From a virus: a DNA stretch of 64,000 nucleotides. How positions within the stretch are numbered: position 1 is the stretch's first letter; every line of letters begins with the position of its first letter. The position numbers and the translations under genes were made by a program. Below, one piece after another: positions 31,962 to 41,526 of the stretch. The DNA lies in the IMG/VR virus record IMGVR_UViG_3300033981_002321, positions 11,394 to 75,393 of that record; one strand, 5' to 3'. The notes under the pieces are model-generated. The model was not told the origin of the DNA. It made no database searches and saw only the letters and a program-made list of their open reading frames with translations.

Positions 31962-34655
31962 ATTTTCTGTTCATTTCTTTTTTCTCATGTCAGTCAAGAC
32001 TTTCGACCAGCAACTTTTTTCCCGCACTCTGGGAAATTGCGAGATTGAGTTCTGGGCCGATCCCTTCACGCGAGGTGAGTTCAACGAGGCTGCTGATAAG
32101 TGGCTGGAAATACTCAATGAGTGCCAGCTGAGGGGGACCTGGCAAATAAACGGGCTTCGATTTATGGGCGAAGTCTGCGAGACGATTTCTGACACCAGGG
32201 GAATTGTCTTTGAGGTCAAGAAAGATGAGGGGCGGTGGAAGTTTGAAGCCTCCTGGAATGGTCAATTATTGTCATTTGACTTTGGGGCGTATGATTTTGC
32301 CCCACGCCCAGCGATTGTCGCTTCCGTCAGGGCTTTCTTTTCCTGCTGATTCTTCACAAGCCAAATTGCCTTCAGCGGAGATAGGCACCGCACATTTTTA
32401 GATCAATGACGCAAACTATCTGGGTTACAGAGCTGGAGCTTCAGGGATCCAGTGGCTGGGATTGGCGTTACAGCAAAGAAGAGGCTTTGGATGTTGCGAG
32501 AAATGATTTCAAGGTATGCGCCGATGCCCCCGATTTCTTGGGCTTCGCTTTTCATCGGATGGAAGTTGCGGAGGGGTTGGATCGTGATCAAATTCAAGCA
32601 TACCTTGAGGACGCAGGGCTGATCTTTGATCGCACTGATATTCAAATAAACAACTGAACCTTCCTCCATCCTTACTCATTTCTTTTAGATCAATGACTGC
32701 TCAGCCATCTTTTCATTGCATCGCCAACATCGGTGATGCCACCCCACTTGTTTATGGCGGGGCTTTTGTTCTTGTCGATCTTCGGGGCTGCTACGATCCC
32801 GAGCTTTTGATTCTTGAGCCAGAAGGAAGTGATCGCTATGGCGATCCTACAAGTTGGGAGCGTTACGCGATCATCTGTGATCGACTGACGGCCATCAAGA
32901 ATAAGACGGGCGAATATGTAGCGCTATCCGACAATCCATTCCATGTGGATCATCCTGCATGGTTTGGAACAGAAGAAGATTTGCAATCTCTTGCAAGTTT
33001 TGCTGGCATGTCTGTTCACGAACTTGTACTTGAAGCCACTTCTTCAAATCCCGTGCATCGGGCAAGTTTTTATCGAAGACTGCTCGACTGTCATGGCCCT
33101 GTCAATTTTGAAGCGGAGCCAGAAGAGATGAGCAGGAAAGAAGCCAAGGCACTTTGCTTAGCCATGGCGGGGCAAATTGTAGAAGCCAGGTCGTGGCACG
33201 ATGGTTGGATAATTGAATAGCATTTGAACTTGTATTTTCTCGCCCCCTCTCCACAATGTTCAGCTTAGTTCAAGCCTTTCGTGTCAACGGACTAAAAGTT
33301 GAGATCATGATGGATCTCGACAACGAAGAGAGTCTTCCTGGGCAGCTTGGAAGTTACTGCTACTTTGTTGATCTACAGGAAGCGGCTTCCGAGTGTTGCT
33401 TCGGCTTCGACTCATTTCTTGAGTGCATAGCAGAAGCAATAAGAGTTGCTGAATCGTTTTAGTTTTCTTTTCTCGCCCCCCATCATTTCTTTTGCCCCCC
33501 CATGGAAAGTCTCACCATGCTTGAGCTATCTAGAAAGATTGCTCACTTCGAGAAGTTGCTGCAGCGCTATAGAAGACTGAAGGACTGGTACAAAGTTGAT
33601 AGAGTCGCCGATCAACTGGAAAGACTCCAGGAGAGACATGACGCAGAACAGAGAAGGCTGCAGCACGAACAAGATATGAAGGAGCTTAGCGACTGGTACG
33701 ATGATGAAAAGAACAGAGATGCCTATACTTCAAGAATCATAGACGAGCAGTTTTCTGATATGGTTGTTTAGCTTACAGCTTCTTGCCCCTCTATCAATCC
33801 TCATCATGGACTCTGATAAGATACAGAAAAAGATTGAAAAAATAGAAGAGAAGGCCAATCAGCAGGTTGACAATCTAGCAAGAGAATACTTTGATCAGGT
33901 AGTTGTTCCTTTTTGCAAGAAGTATAGCTTGACGTTTACAAGTGGCATGGGCCTGCTTGCATTTAGCTTCGATGAATATGATTTGATGTTTCACGCGGCC
34001 AGCGACATTCCCGATGCTGAAGACATCGCGGAAATTCACGAAGAAGACCTGTGCGGATACGAAAAGTTTGCCTTAAAGTTTCCGGGGGCGAAAAAAGAGA
34101 TGGAGGAAATTTACAAGGTTGTCTACTTAGTAGTCTTTGAGTTTGAGCTTGGTTTTAGTATGCCGTGCTATAATCCCCGAGTGATCATTTAGTTTACATT
34201 TTCTCGCCCCCCCATCACTTCCTTCCCATCATGTCTACTTTATTTGATCTCGCCCCCAACAACCAAATACGCGCAATTACTTTGCGCCTAGCCCTGATAA
34301 AGCATCGGGGCGACATTGAGGCTCAGCAACGAGAGTTCAAGCCATGGGGCGAAACAGAATATCAGCAAAAGATAGAAGAGATTGATGGATTCTTGTTTTA
34401 CATAGATCAAGCGGTGAGGGACGAAAGGTCTATCAGTGCGGAGATTGTTTATCCGCTGCCAGAGGTTGGCAAGGTTTATGGGCAGTGGAAAGTGCTCAAG
34501 CTGCAAAACGGTCTTGTTGTCGCCACCAGTTCTATTGACGAGGCGACTGAGTGGGTTATGAGCATCGCTGAGTTTTGGAGGAAAGCAAAGTAGTTTCTTT
34601 CTTTCTTAAATAGTGTGTGTCTGCGCTGTGCTCGTAAGAGCATGGCGCATTTTTC

Positions 34656-35417
34656 TTGGCTTTCTGCAACTTAAATCAGCAAACACTTTGTCCCCGCCCC
34701 CCTCATCTCTTCAATCCCCGCCCCCATCGAGAATCGCCTGCAAGGCTGTTTGCCCCCTTGGCAAGGTGTTTCCCCGTCAAAGAGGTTAGAGGGCTGTTCC
34801 TGAGGCTCCTGGGCGTCGATCCGAGAGATTGCCAGCAGCAGAAGAAAGCGTCGGGGGCGAGAAAGAGATTCTCCATCAAAGATTGCAACTTCTTTGTCTT
34901 TGAAGTAGATTCTCGAAGTAATTGCAGGGAGCGAGTGAGCTACAAAATTAACAGTGCTTTGCGAATGACAAACGCTGAGGTTTATAGAAGACTGAGATCA
35001 GTCAAGAGAATGCTGCTAAATAAAAATCAAGTATTAGTTTACGATAAAGAGATATTCAGTCTGCCCCTACAAGCTCAAGACGAAGCTTCTTTTTACACTG
35101 CTCTTGATCACAACAAAAGACTGTTTAGAAAGGATGTGTTTTTAAGTGAAATATTAGACCGCCCCCAACTGTTCAACCGCAGCAACTTTTCTTTAATGTC
35201 TGTGCAGCAATATGTGCAAGATAACAGTGAATCTATCTGCAAGAGCTTCTCTGTAACAGCAATGCTGTTCACAAAGTATCGCAAACAAAAGGATGTTGTA
35301 AAACATGTCATTGTTTGCCTAGGTAGTATTTACCACGCCCCCCGAGTCTTCTATCGAGACGAATCATCAGGTAGAGTTGTTTATCAGAAGTCTACAGAAT
35401 ATATGGATCTATACTGA
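34656..35417 (+). CDS. Basic hypothetical protein (start uncertain)
   Basis: 253-codon ORF filling the gap. Confidence 0.5.
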   Translation: MAFCNLNQQTLCPRPPHLFNPRPHRESPARLFAPLARCFPVKEVRGLFLRLLGVDPRDCQQQKKASGARKRFSIKDCNFFVFEVDSRSNCRERVSYKINSALRMTNAEVYRRLRSVKRMLLNKNQVLVYDKEIFSLPLQAQDEASFYTALDHNKRLFRKDVFLSEILDRPQLFNRSNFSLMSVQQYVQDNSESICKSFSVTAMLFTKYRKQKDVVKHVIVCLGSIYHAPRVFYRDESSGRVVYQKSTEYMDLY

Positions 35418-35454
35418 GTTTACAGTTTCCCGCCCCCACCACTTCTTTTTTCTC

Positions 35455-36210
35455 ATGACTAACAACTTTGCAAACCTTGATGATTCTGATGAAGTGCAAG
35501 CAACTGATCGAATCATAGATGTTGAAAGTAATTCACAAATGAAAAGTTTCCCGCCCCACGATGTTGATTCTGTAATTGATGAAAATGATGCAGATGATGA
35601 ACTGTTTGATGATGATGAGAATAGTTTCTCGCGTAATGAAGAAGATTTGGCTGATGAGGATATTTCTAGCTCTTTACAGGATCCATATTCCGCTACTAAC
35701 AAACTACAGTCATGGGATTACAGGTCACGGTTAGCCCCGAGAGAGGGAGAGAAAGATTTTGCGATGTTCTGCTTGTATCGTGATTCGGGGAGTGGAAGAT
35801 CAACAAAATACATATCTTTAATCTACAATTTATCAGAAACCAGAGTGCTCAAGATAGCTGCAAGGGACAACTGGGGCAAAAGAGTTGCAGATTATGATAA
35901 GTATCAACTACAGCTACTGATGAAAGAAGAGAGTAATCAGAGGGCGCTGGAGCATAAAAAGAAGTTGGAGGAATATAGATTACAGCAAGAGTTTCTTGGG
36001 CGCAGTTTAACTGCAGATGCTGCCAAGCTGGCTGCAATTGTAAGTAGAAGCTTGGATAAGTTTATTGCTGCTGACGGTGATATAGATATAAAAGATGTGC
36101 CCGGCATTCTAGCCGCTGCGTCGAAGGCGGGAGACATCGGCAGGAATCTCCAGGCAAGCAGTCTTGGGGTGGATCAGTTGTTAGCTGCGTTGGAAGAAGT
36201 GGAAGATTAA
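35455..36210 (+). CDS. Putative terminase small subunit-like HTH protein
   Basis: 'E..FA.FC.YRD.G.GRS...........W..RV..YD' HTH followed by a coiled coil; acidic N-terminus; lies upstream of the TerL region. Confidence 0.55.
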   Translation: MTNNFANLDDSDEVQATDRIIDVESNSQMKSFPPHDVDSVIDENDADDELFDDDENSFSRNEEDLADEDISSSLQDPYSATNKLQSWDYRSRLAPREGEKDFAMFCLYRDSGSGRSTKYISLIYNLSETRVLKIAARDNWGKRVADYDKYQLQLLMKEESNQRALEHKKKLEEYRLQQEFLGRSLTADAAKLAAIVSRSLDKFIAADGDIDIKDVPGILAAASKAGDIGRNLQASSLGVDQLLAALEEVED

Positions 36211-36439
36211 AGTTATTGCTGCAGTGTTCACAAGCTAAAAGTTTGTTGCGTGGCTGAGTCTCGCTGGGGGGTTCTTGGTTGCTTCCGTTTCCCCCATACC
36301 CTAAAGGACAAAATTCGACACCCCTTGAGACTCATTCCGTTGGAAGGGATTTACGAACTGTAGTAATCACGTTTGCGTTGTGCTTTTTATGATGAGCACT
36401 GGGTTTCTTTGCTCGCCCACAGAAAAACGGTGGTAAAAT

Positions 36440-36931
36440 TTGCATAGTCCTGAGACAAGCTTTGGGACAAATGAGACACGACTTTCGAGGCTTTCTGTTG
36501 TGGGCAGAAAAGAATTTCAGGGGCTTTTACTTTCATCTGAAATCTCAAAAACAGAACTTACTATTGTCATGTATCTGCTGGATATGTGCAATGAATGGGG
36601 TTTTACTACTGAATCGGCGAGTACGATTGCAGGGTTCTTTGGGGCTGACACTTCTAACACCTATGCAAGAATCAGGAAACTTAAAAAGCTTGAGGTGATA
36701 AAAGAGGTTGAATACAATGGGCGCAAAGGCTTAATGGTTAGTCCTATTTATTGCTACGCTGGTAGTTTGAAGCTGAGAAGATTCAGGTCCAGGCTTTGGT
36801 CAAGTGAAACACTTTACACAAAAGTATTCCCTAATTCTTTCTATGGCCCTCCCGTCTTAGATCGCAAAACACTTGTTTATCATTCAGCGGATAAAGTTGG
36901 GGCGAAGAAATATATTGTCGATAGAAGCTGA
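36440..36931 (+). CDS. RepL-like winged-HTH replication protein
   Basis: 'V.YLL.......IA.......T....I.KL....VI......L.VSP.Y.Y.G' RepL-type pattern. Confidence 0.55.
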   Translation: MHSPETSFGTNETRLSRLSVVGRKEFQGLLLSSEISKTELTIVMYLLDMCNEWGFTTESASTIAGFFGADTSNTYARIRKLKKLEVIKEVEYNGRKGLMVSPIYCYAGSLKLRRFRSRLWSSETLYTKVFPNSFYGPPVLDRKTLVYHSADKVGAKKYIVDRS

Positions 36932-37195
36932 TTCATTCATTCATTCACATTCACTTTCTCGCCCCCCGACTTTGCAACTGAGCGCAGTCACCATTCACTT
37001 TCAACATTCACATTCACATTCACTTTCTCGCCCCCAACTTTCTTTATTGGCCGCGGCCACCATTCACATTCATTTATTCACAGCTGCATTCATTCATTCA
37101 CAGCCATTCATTCATTCATTCATTCACAGTCACCATTCATAAGACATTCACAGTCACCATTCACCATTCACATTCACAGTCACCATTCACAGTCA
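36930..37195 (+). repeat. CATT/CATTCA/CATTCACAGTCAC low-complexity tandem repeats
   Basis: Directly visible, G-poor top strand. Confidence 0.9.
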
Positions 37196-37239
37196 CAAAA
37201 GACAGACACTAAGGGCAGACACTAAGGACAGACACAAAA

Positions 37240-37421
37240 GACAAAAGACAAAAGACAAAAGCCGAGAGACAAAAGACAAAAGCCGAGAGACAAAAGACAA
37301 AAGCCGAGAGACAAAAGACAAAAGCCGAGAGACAAAAGACAAAAGCCGAGAGGCGAGAGACAAAAGCCGAGAGGCGAGAGACAAAAGCCGAGAGGCGAGA
37401 GGCGAGAGCCGAGAGGCGAAA
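37240..37421 (+). repeat. 26 in-register heptamers (GACAAAA / GCCGAGA / GGCGAGA) forming 21-bp super-units
   Basis: Perfect 7-bp register; no T on the top strand from 37224 to 37423. Confidence 0.95.
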
Positions 37422-37608
37422 GGTTACAGCTAAAGGTTTGAGCAAGCTGGAGCAAGCTGGAGCAAGTTACAGGCGAAAGGTTACAGCTAAAGGTTTGAGC
37501 AAGCTGGAGCAAGCTGGAGCAAGTTACAGGCGAAAGGTTACAGCTAAAGGTTTGAGCAAGCTGGAGCAAGCTGGAGCAAGTTACAGGCGAAAGGTTACAG
37601 CTAAAGGT
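37415..37608 (+). repeat. 57-bp tandem repeat x3.4 with internal 10-bp GCAAGCTGGA subrepeats
   Basis: Identical units start at 37415, 37472 and 37529, with a partial unit at 37586. Confidence 0.95.
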
Positions 37609-37759
37609 CAGGGTGAAACCTATAAAGTCTGCTGCAGCGGTTCGGATTAAGAACTTAATTCTCGCGATTCTCGCCGGTAGGCTAGGTGTGTCTGCCCGTT
37701 GGCACTCCAGCCAGAATCGACGCGGAAACCTTAAAAACCTGCCCGCTTGCCCCTATCGC

Positions 37760-37788
37760 TTGACGTGTGGCGCCGATGGTGCCATTAT
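37760..37788 (+). promoter_or_regulatory. Promoter TTGACG-17-CATTAT with GCGC-N5-GTGC operator-like site
   Basis: 17-bp spacing, TGn extension. Confidence 0.55.
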
Positions 37789-37944
37789 GGACAGTGAACC
37801 TAGACAACTAGCTAGCCTCAGTCAGTCCGACCCATTGGGTCGGGTATAGCCGCGCGCGCGCTCCACTGCGCGTCGCGATTGGGCGGATCGGATCCGCCGC
37901 GCGACCCTTGCCAGACACCGAGTCTGGCTTTCTTTAGATCAACC

Positions 37945-38757
37945 ATGGCACGCGCCAACCGCACCAGCACCAGCACCAGCCAGCACCAGCCCGAGCACCA
38001 GCCCGAGCACCAGCACCAGGGCCCCCGCACCGGCCCCTTAGGTGGCGACTGCGTCACCATCCAGCCGCCCACCGAACCCAGCACCGAGCCCGCAACCGAT
38101 CCCACCACGGCAACCGCCCCGCCGTCTTTGCTGGAAATCCTCCGCCAACTAACACCACCGCCAGCCCCTAAAGGCCCCAAGGCCCCCAAGACGACAAAGG
38201 GAGCAGAGCCCGCCGGTTTTGGTGTCAGCCTCTCACCGCCAGCCCTTGCCGCACTCCAGCAACAGCAAAGCTACGCCAGCCGTTGGAGTGAACGCAGCTG
38301 GCGAACCTATCGGGCTTCCAACGCAGACAAGCTCCACCCCGACCAACGTTTCTGGGAAATGCCCGCATATCGCGCCCAAGGTGAGCCCGTGCCCTCCCTT
38401 GTCGCCCCCTCCCCTGCGATCCACAAACCCGAGCCCACGGATCGAGTCGAGCAGCACAAATGGCAAGCAACCATAGCCGCCAACCTATGGGGGATCAGTG
38501 CAGCCGCTTTGCTAATTCGCAAAGGTCGCCTCTCAATCGGTGATGCCCTGTTACTCATGAAGGCCAACGGCGCCCTATTCAAGGACCAGGGAGCAGCCCT
38601 CACCGCCTGTCAGAAGGCGATCCCCGGTTACAGGCTCCGGTGGGCAGACAATGGCGCACTGGAAATCGATCCAGAGCACAAACTCACCGAGAACGACCTT
38701 ACGCAAGCCCTTGCGGACAGGGCGACAGCTGACATCAAGGCCGCTCAGGTTCAATAA
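37945..38757 (+). CDS. Hypothetical protein with P/T/Q/H-rich disordered N-terminus (270 aa)
   Basis: ATG after TTTAGATCAACC; C-rich codon usage unlike its neighbours; followed by a terminator. Confidence 0.7.
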   Translation: MARANRTSTSTSQHQPEHQPEHQHQGPRTGPLGGDCVTIQPPTEPSTEPATDPTTATAPPSLLEILRQLTPPPAPKGPKAPKTTKGAEPAGFGVSLSPPALAALQQQQSYASRWSERSWRTYRASNADKLHPDQRFWEMPAYRAQGEPVPSLVAPSPAIHKPEPTDRVEQHKWQATIAANLWGISAAALLIRKGRLSIGDALLLMKANGALFKDQGAALTACQKAIPGYRLRWADNGALEIDPEHKLTENDLTQALADRATADIKAAQVQ

Positions 38758-38778
38758 CAGCCAGCGCCTGGAACCACG

Positions 38779-38807
38779 GCCCGGTAGTTAATCCTGCCGG
38801 GCTTTAT
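38779..38807 (+). terminator. Intrinsic terminator
   Basis: GCCCGGTAG/CTGCCGGGC followed by TTTA. Confidence 0.65.
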
Positions 38808-38910
38808 CCTTCATTCTTTAATTAAACCGACCCGGTAAGGGTTGCCCTTGCTAGGTAACTAGATGGGGTAACCCTGCCAAGTAGGGGCAGACGCCATCCC
38901 CCCACCCCTA

Positions 38911-39011
38911 AATTTTTTTTACCTATTCCAACCAGCTCTCTTCAACCTATTCCCTCTCGCTAATTTTTTTTACCTATTCTCACCAAGTCTCTTCCACCTA
39001 TTTCTCTAGCT
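38911..39011 (+). repeat. Imperfect ~51-bp direct repeat x2 with four ACCTATT boxes and T-tracts
   Basis: ACCTATT at 38921, 38945, 38972, 38996. Confidence 0.8.
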
Positions 39012-39274
39012 ACATCAACTCTCATTTATCTCAACAACGCAATTACTTTATACCCCCATCACTCTGAAAAAAATCGATTTTCGCAACTTTTTCAAGCCCA
39101 TGTCTCGAAATTTTTTTTAGTGTCTATTTCACACAGACACTTATACTTATATTGAATCTGTAAAGTTTTCAGCCCGGCTGTTCCCCCATTGCATCAATTT
39201 TCTCTCGCCCCCACTGGATTTCTTCTTAGGCTGAGCTATGCTGCTTCTCGCCCCCGCTGCATTTGCTCGGCTTC

Positions 39275-40009
39275 ATGAAAACCGAAAAAATTGATCCGCT
39301 GTTCAGAGTTGCGCTAATTCGCAGAACTGAAGAGCCGCAGAGGTGCATTTACGCTGCGATGCACCAGGATTACTGTGAAGATTTTATTGCTGATCAAGAA
39401 CTGCCCGAGGAGCGCAAGGCCGGGGCGATTGCAGTTAAAAGATTGCTGAGTGGCGATAGGGGGCATTTTGGTTGCACGGAGCATCCACAAATTACTTTGA
39501 ATGTGGGGTGGTTTCCTCACTCTGCAATGCAGCAGGCGAGAACGCATCGGATTGGGGTTAGCTTTGACGTTCAGAGTGGGCGTTATACGGGGCAGAGGAT
39601 TCTTGATGCTGCAAGTGGCAAGCGAACTGTTGAAGAAGTATTTTACCTTCGCCCCCCTCAGAGATATAGAGACCGCGACGGGGCGGATTACGAATACACA
39701 GAGGAAGATAGAAAGATTGATCTAGCTAGGTGTTATGACGCTGCATGTCACTACGCCCATCAAATCAGACAGGGCAAGGCTGAAGAGCAGGCCCGAGAGC
39801 TTATACCTTATGCAATTCGCCAGCATTTTGTGGTGAGCTTTAGCATGAGGGCGCTGATGCACTTTCTCGACCTCAGGGCTAAGCTTGACGCCCAGCAGGA
39901 GATACGCTGGCTCTGCGATCTGATGTGGCCTCACTTTGTTGATTGGGCGCCTGAGATTGCACAGTGGTACGAAGAGAAGCGCCTGCACAAAGCAAAACTA
40001 GCCCCTTAG
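39275..40009 (+). CDS. thyX: Flavin-dependent thymidylate synthase
   Basis: 'GHFGCTEHPQ', 'QARTHRIGVSFDVQSGRY', 'LMHFLDLRAKLDAQQEI', cyanobacterial/cyanophage type. Confidence 0.95.
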   Translation: MKTEKIDPLFRVALIRRTEEPQRCIYAAMHQDYCEDFIADQELPEERKAGAIAVKRLLSGDRGHFGCTEHPQITLNVGWFPHSAMQQARTHRIGVSFDVQSGRYTGQRILDAASGKRTVEEVFYLRPPQRYRDRDGADYEYTEEDRKIDLARCYDAACHYAHQIRQGKAEEQARELIPYAIRQHFVVSFSMRALMHFLDLRAKLDAQQEIRWLCDLMWPHFVDWAPEIAQWYEEKRLHKAKLAP

Positions 40010-40028
40010 TCAACAGGCCAGCGACAAC

Positions 40029-41432
40029 ATGCCAGCAAAAGCCCGCAGCGCAAGATATGCAGACAGAGCAGCTCTGCAATCGCTCGGGCTTTTTCATGAT
40101 ACGTCGATGCTCAAGGCATTAAAAAGAAAAAACAACAATGCTCTGAGCGTAGACGAGATCGAAGATCGAATTGTTGCAGATCTTCTCCCACATCAAAAAG
40201 ATTTTGTTTGCAATTTCGATACAAGGTATATCCTTTACGTGGGTGGATTGGGTTCAGGAAAGTCTTATAGCAGTGTCGCCAAGGCAATACTTTTAGCTTT
40301 TAGGAGTCAGGGGCATACTCACATTTATCTTGAGCCCACCTACGTGATGTTGAACGACATCGCGATTCCGACGTGGAACTCATTTCTTCATAAATACGAT
40401 ATTCCTTTCACGCACCGAGTTTCCCCTCAGCCCAGCTACACCTTGCATCTGCCCGAGGGGGACACCACAATCCTTCTCCGCCCCCTCATGAACGTGGAGC
40501 GCCTGGTGGGCATCAACGCTGCCTCCCTGGTGATTGACGAGGCGGATACGGTCAAGCAGGAGGTCGCCGAGGCGGCCCTGGTCAAGTTGCAGGGGCGGGT
40601 TCGTGTAGGGAGTTGTCCGCAGATTTGCTTTGTGTCTACGCCGGAGGGGCGGAAGTTTATTTGGGGGTTCTTTGAGAAAAATAAAAGCGATGACAAACAG
40701 CTTTACAGAGCGGATACTAGAGACAATCCTTACCTTGATCAAAATTACGTCAAGGACTTGCTGGAGAAGTATCCTGCAAACTTGGTTGATGCCTATGTGA
40801 AGGGCGAGTTTGTTAATCTTGAGACGACGACCGTGTTTAGTGAGTTTGAGAGAGACAGGCACTTTACAAATATCTTTTGCCCCGAGGCCAACGAGCCAAT
40901 CCTCATCGGGTGCGACTTCAACGTGGGCAAGGTTTCAAGTGTCTATGCCGTTATGCGCCCCCTGCCTTCTGGGGGCCAGGCTTTACACATATTTGACGAG
41001 AACATCTCTAGGGACACTTTCTCGCTCGCGGAGCATATCAAGCGGAAATACGCTGCTCACGTTGCAAGAAATATGGTGATGATCTATCCTGATAGCTCGG
41101 GGTCACATGCTAGCACGTCGTCCACCATGAGTGATCACGACATTCTGAGAGAGACGGGGGCAAAAGTTATAGCTGAGCGCCGAAATCCCCCAATTGCGGA
41201 AACTGTGGGGCACGCAAATAATTGCTTTAACAAGGGGCAGATTTTTATCAACTGTTCCTCGTGCCATGAATCTGTAGAAATGCTTGAAAACTGGGGTTAC
41301 GATAGTTCCCTGAAGCCAGCAAAGGGTGGAAAATTGGACTATTCTCACTTTGGCGACGCCTTAAGGTATCTCGTCTGGCAAACAATGCCAAGGCCTTCGA
41401 TTGGGCTTGGGCGAGGGCAGCGTTGGAGATAG
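40029..41432 (+). CDS. terL: Terminase large subunit
   Basis: Walker A GGLGSGKS, Walker B LVIDEAD, STPEG, nuclease 'IGCDFN' and 'HFGDALRY'. Confidence 0.95.
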   Translation: MPAKARSARYADRAALQSLGLFHDTSMLKALKRKNNNALSVDEIEDRIVADLLPHQKDFVCNFDTRYILYVGGLGSGKSYSSVAKAILLAFRSQGHTHIYLEPTYVMLNDIAIPTWNSFLHKYDIPFTHRVSPQPSYTLHLPEGDTTILLRPLMNVERLVGINAASLVIDEADTVKQEVAEAALVKLQGRVRVGSCPQICFVSTPEGRKFIWGFFEKNKSDDKQLYRADTRDNPYLDQNYVKDLLEKYPANLVDAYVKGEFVNLETTTVFSEFERDRHFTNIFCPEANEPILIGCDFNVGKVSSVYAVMRPLPSGGQALHIFDENISRDTFSLAEHIKRKYAAHVARNMVMIYPDSSGSHASTSSTMSDHDILRETGAKVIAERRNPPIAETVGHANNCFNKGQIFINCSSCHESVEMLENWGYDSSLKPAKGGKLDYSHFGDALRYLVWQTMPRPSIGLGRGQRWR

Positions 41433-41526
41433 TTTACATTTTCCCGCCCCCCTTGATTTCCCCCTTGCGCCCCCAACTGCGAAGCTTTTTCTGCTGTTAG
41501 AGTGTGAATAGTGCTGCGAAGAAACA

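Larger units (their letters stand above)
17277..34593 (+). other. Early/host-takeover arm of about 45 small, mostly acidic genes (e.g. 17277-17777, 17802-18110, 18091-18408, 18414-18839, 19281-19751, 20086-20403, 20400-20651, 21353-21589, 21713-21973, 22672-22947, 22962-23123, 23128-23433, 23796-24008, 24944-25441, 25463-25642, 25690-25869, 25921-26184, 26181-26522, 26552-26947, 26953-27135, 27257-27574, 27610-27783, 28356-28565, 29277-29432, 29464-29895, 29917-30159, 30238-30582, 30720-31151, 31179-31865, 31987-32349, 32406-32657, 32693-33220, 33256-33462, 33502-33771, 33806-34192, 34231-34593)
   Basis: Uninterrupted co-directional ORFs with pyrimidine-rich leaders, punctuated by strong host-type promoters. 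Confidence 0.8.

Noticed and set aside
37415-37608. 57-bp repeats as a CRISPR array
   Set aside because: Units are contiguous and identical with no unique spacers, and there are no cas genes.
36873-37650. Repetitive ORFs (IHS-, LSAFVFC- and SKLEQAG-repeat peptides)
   Set aside because: By-products of 21- and 57-bp periodicity, open on both strands, with no initiation signals.
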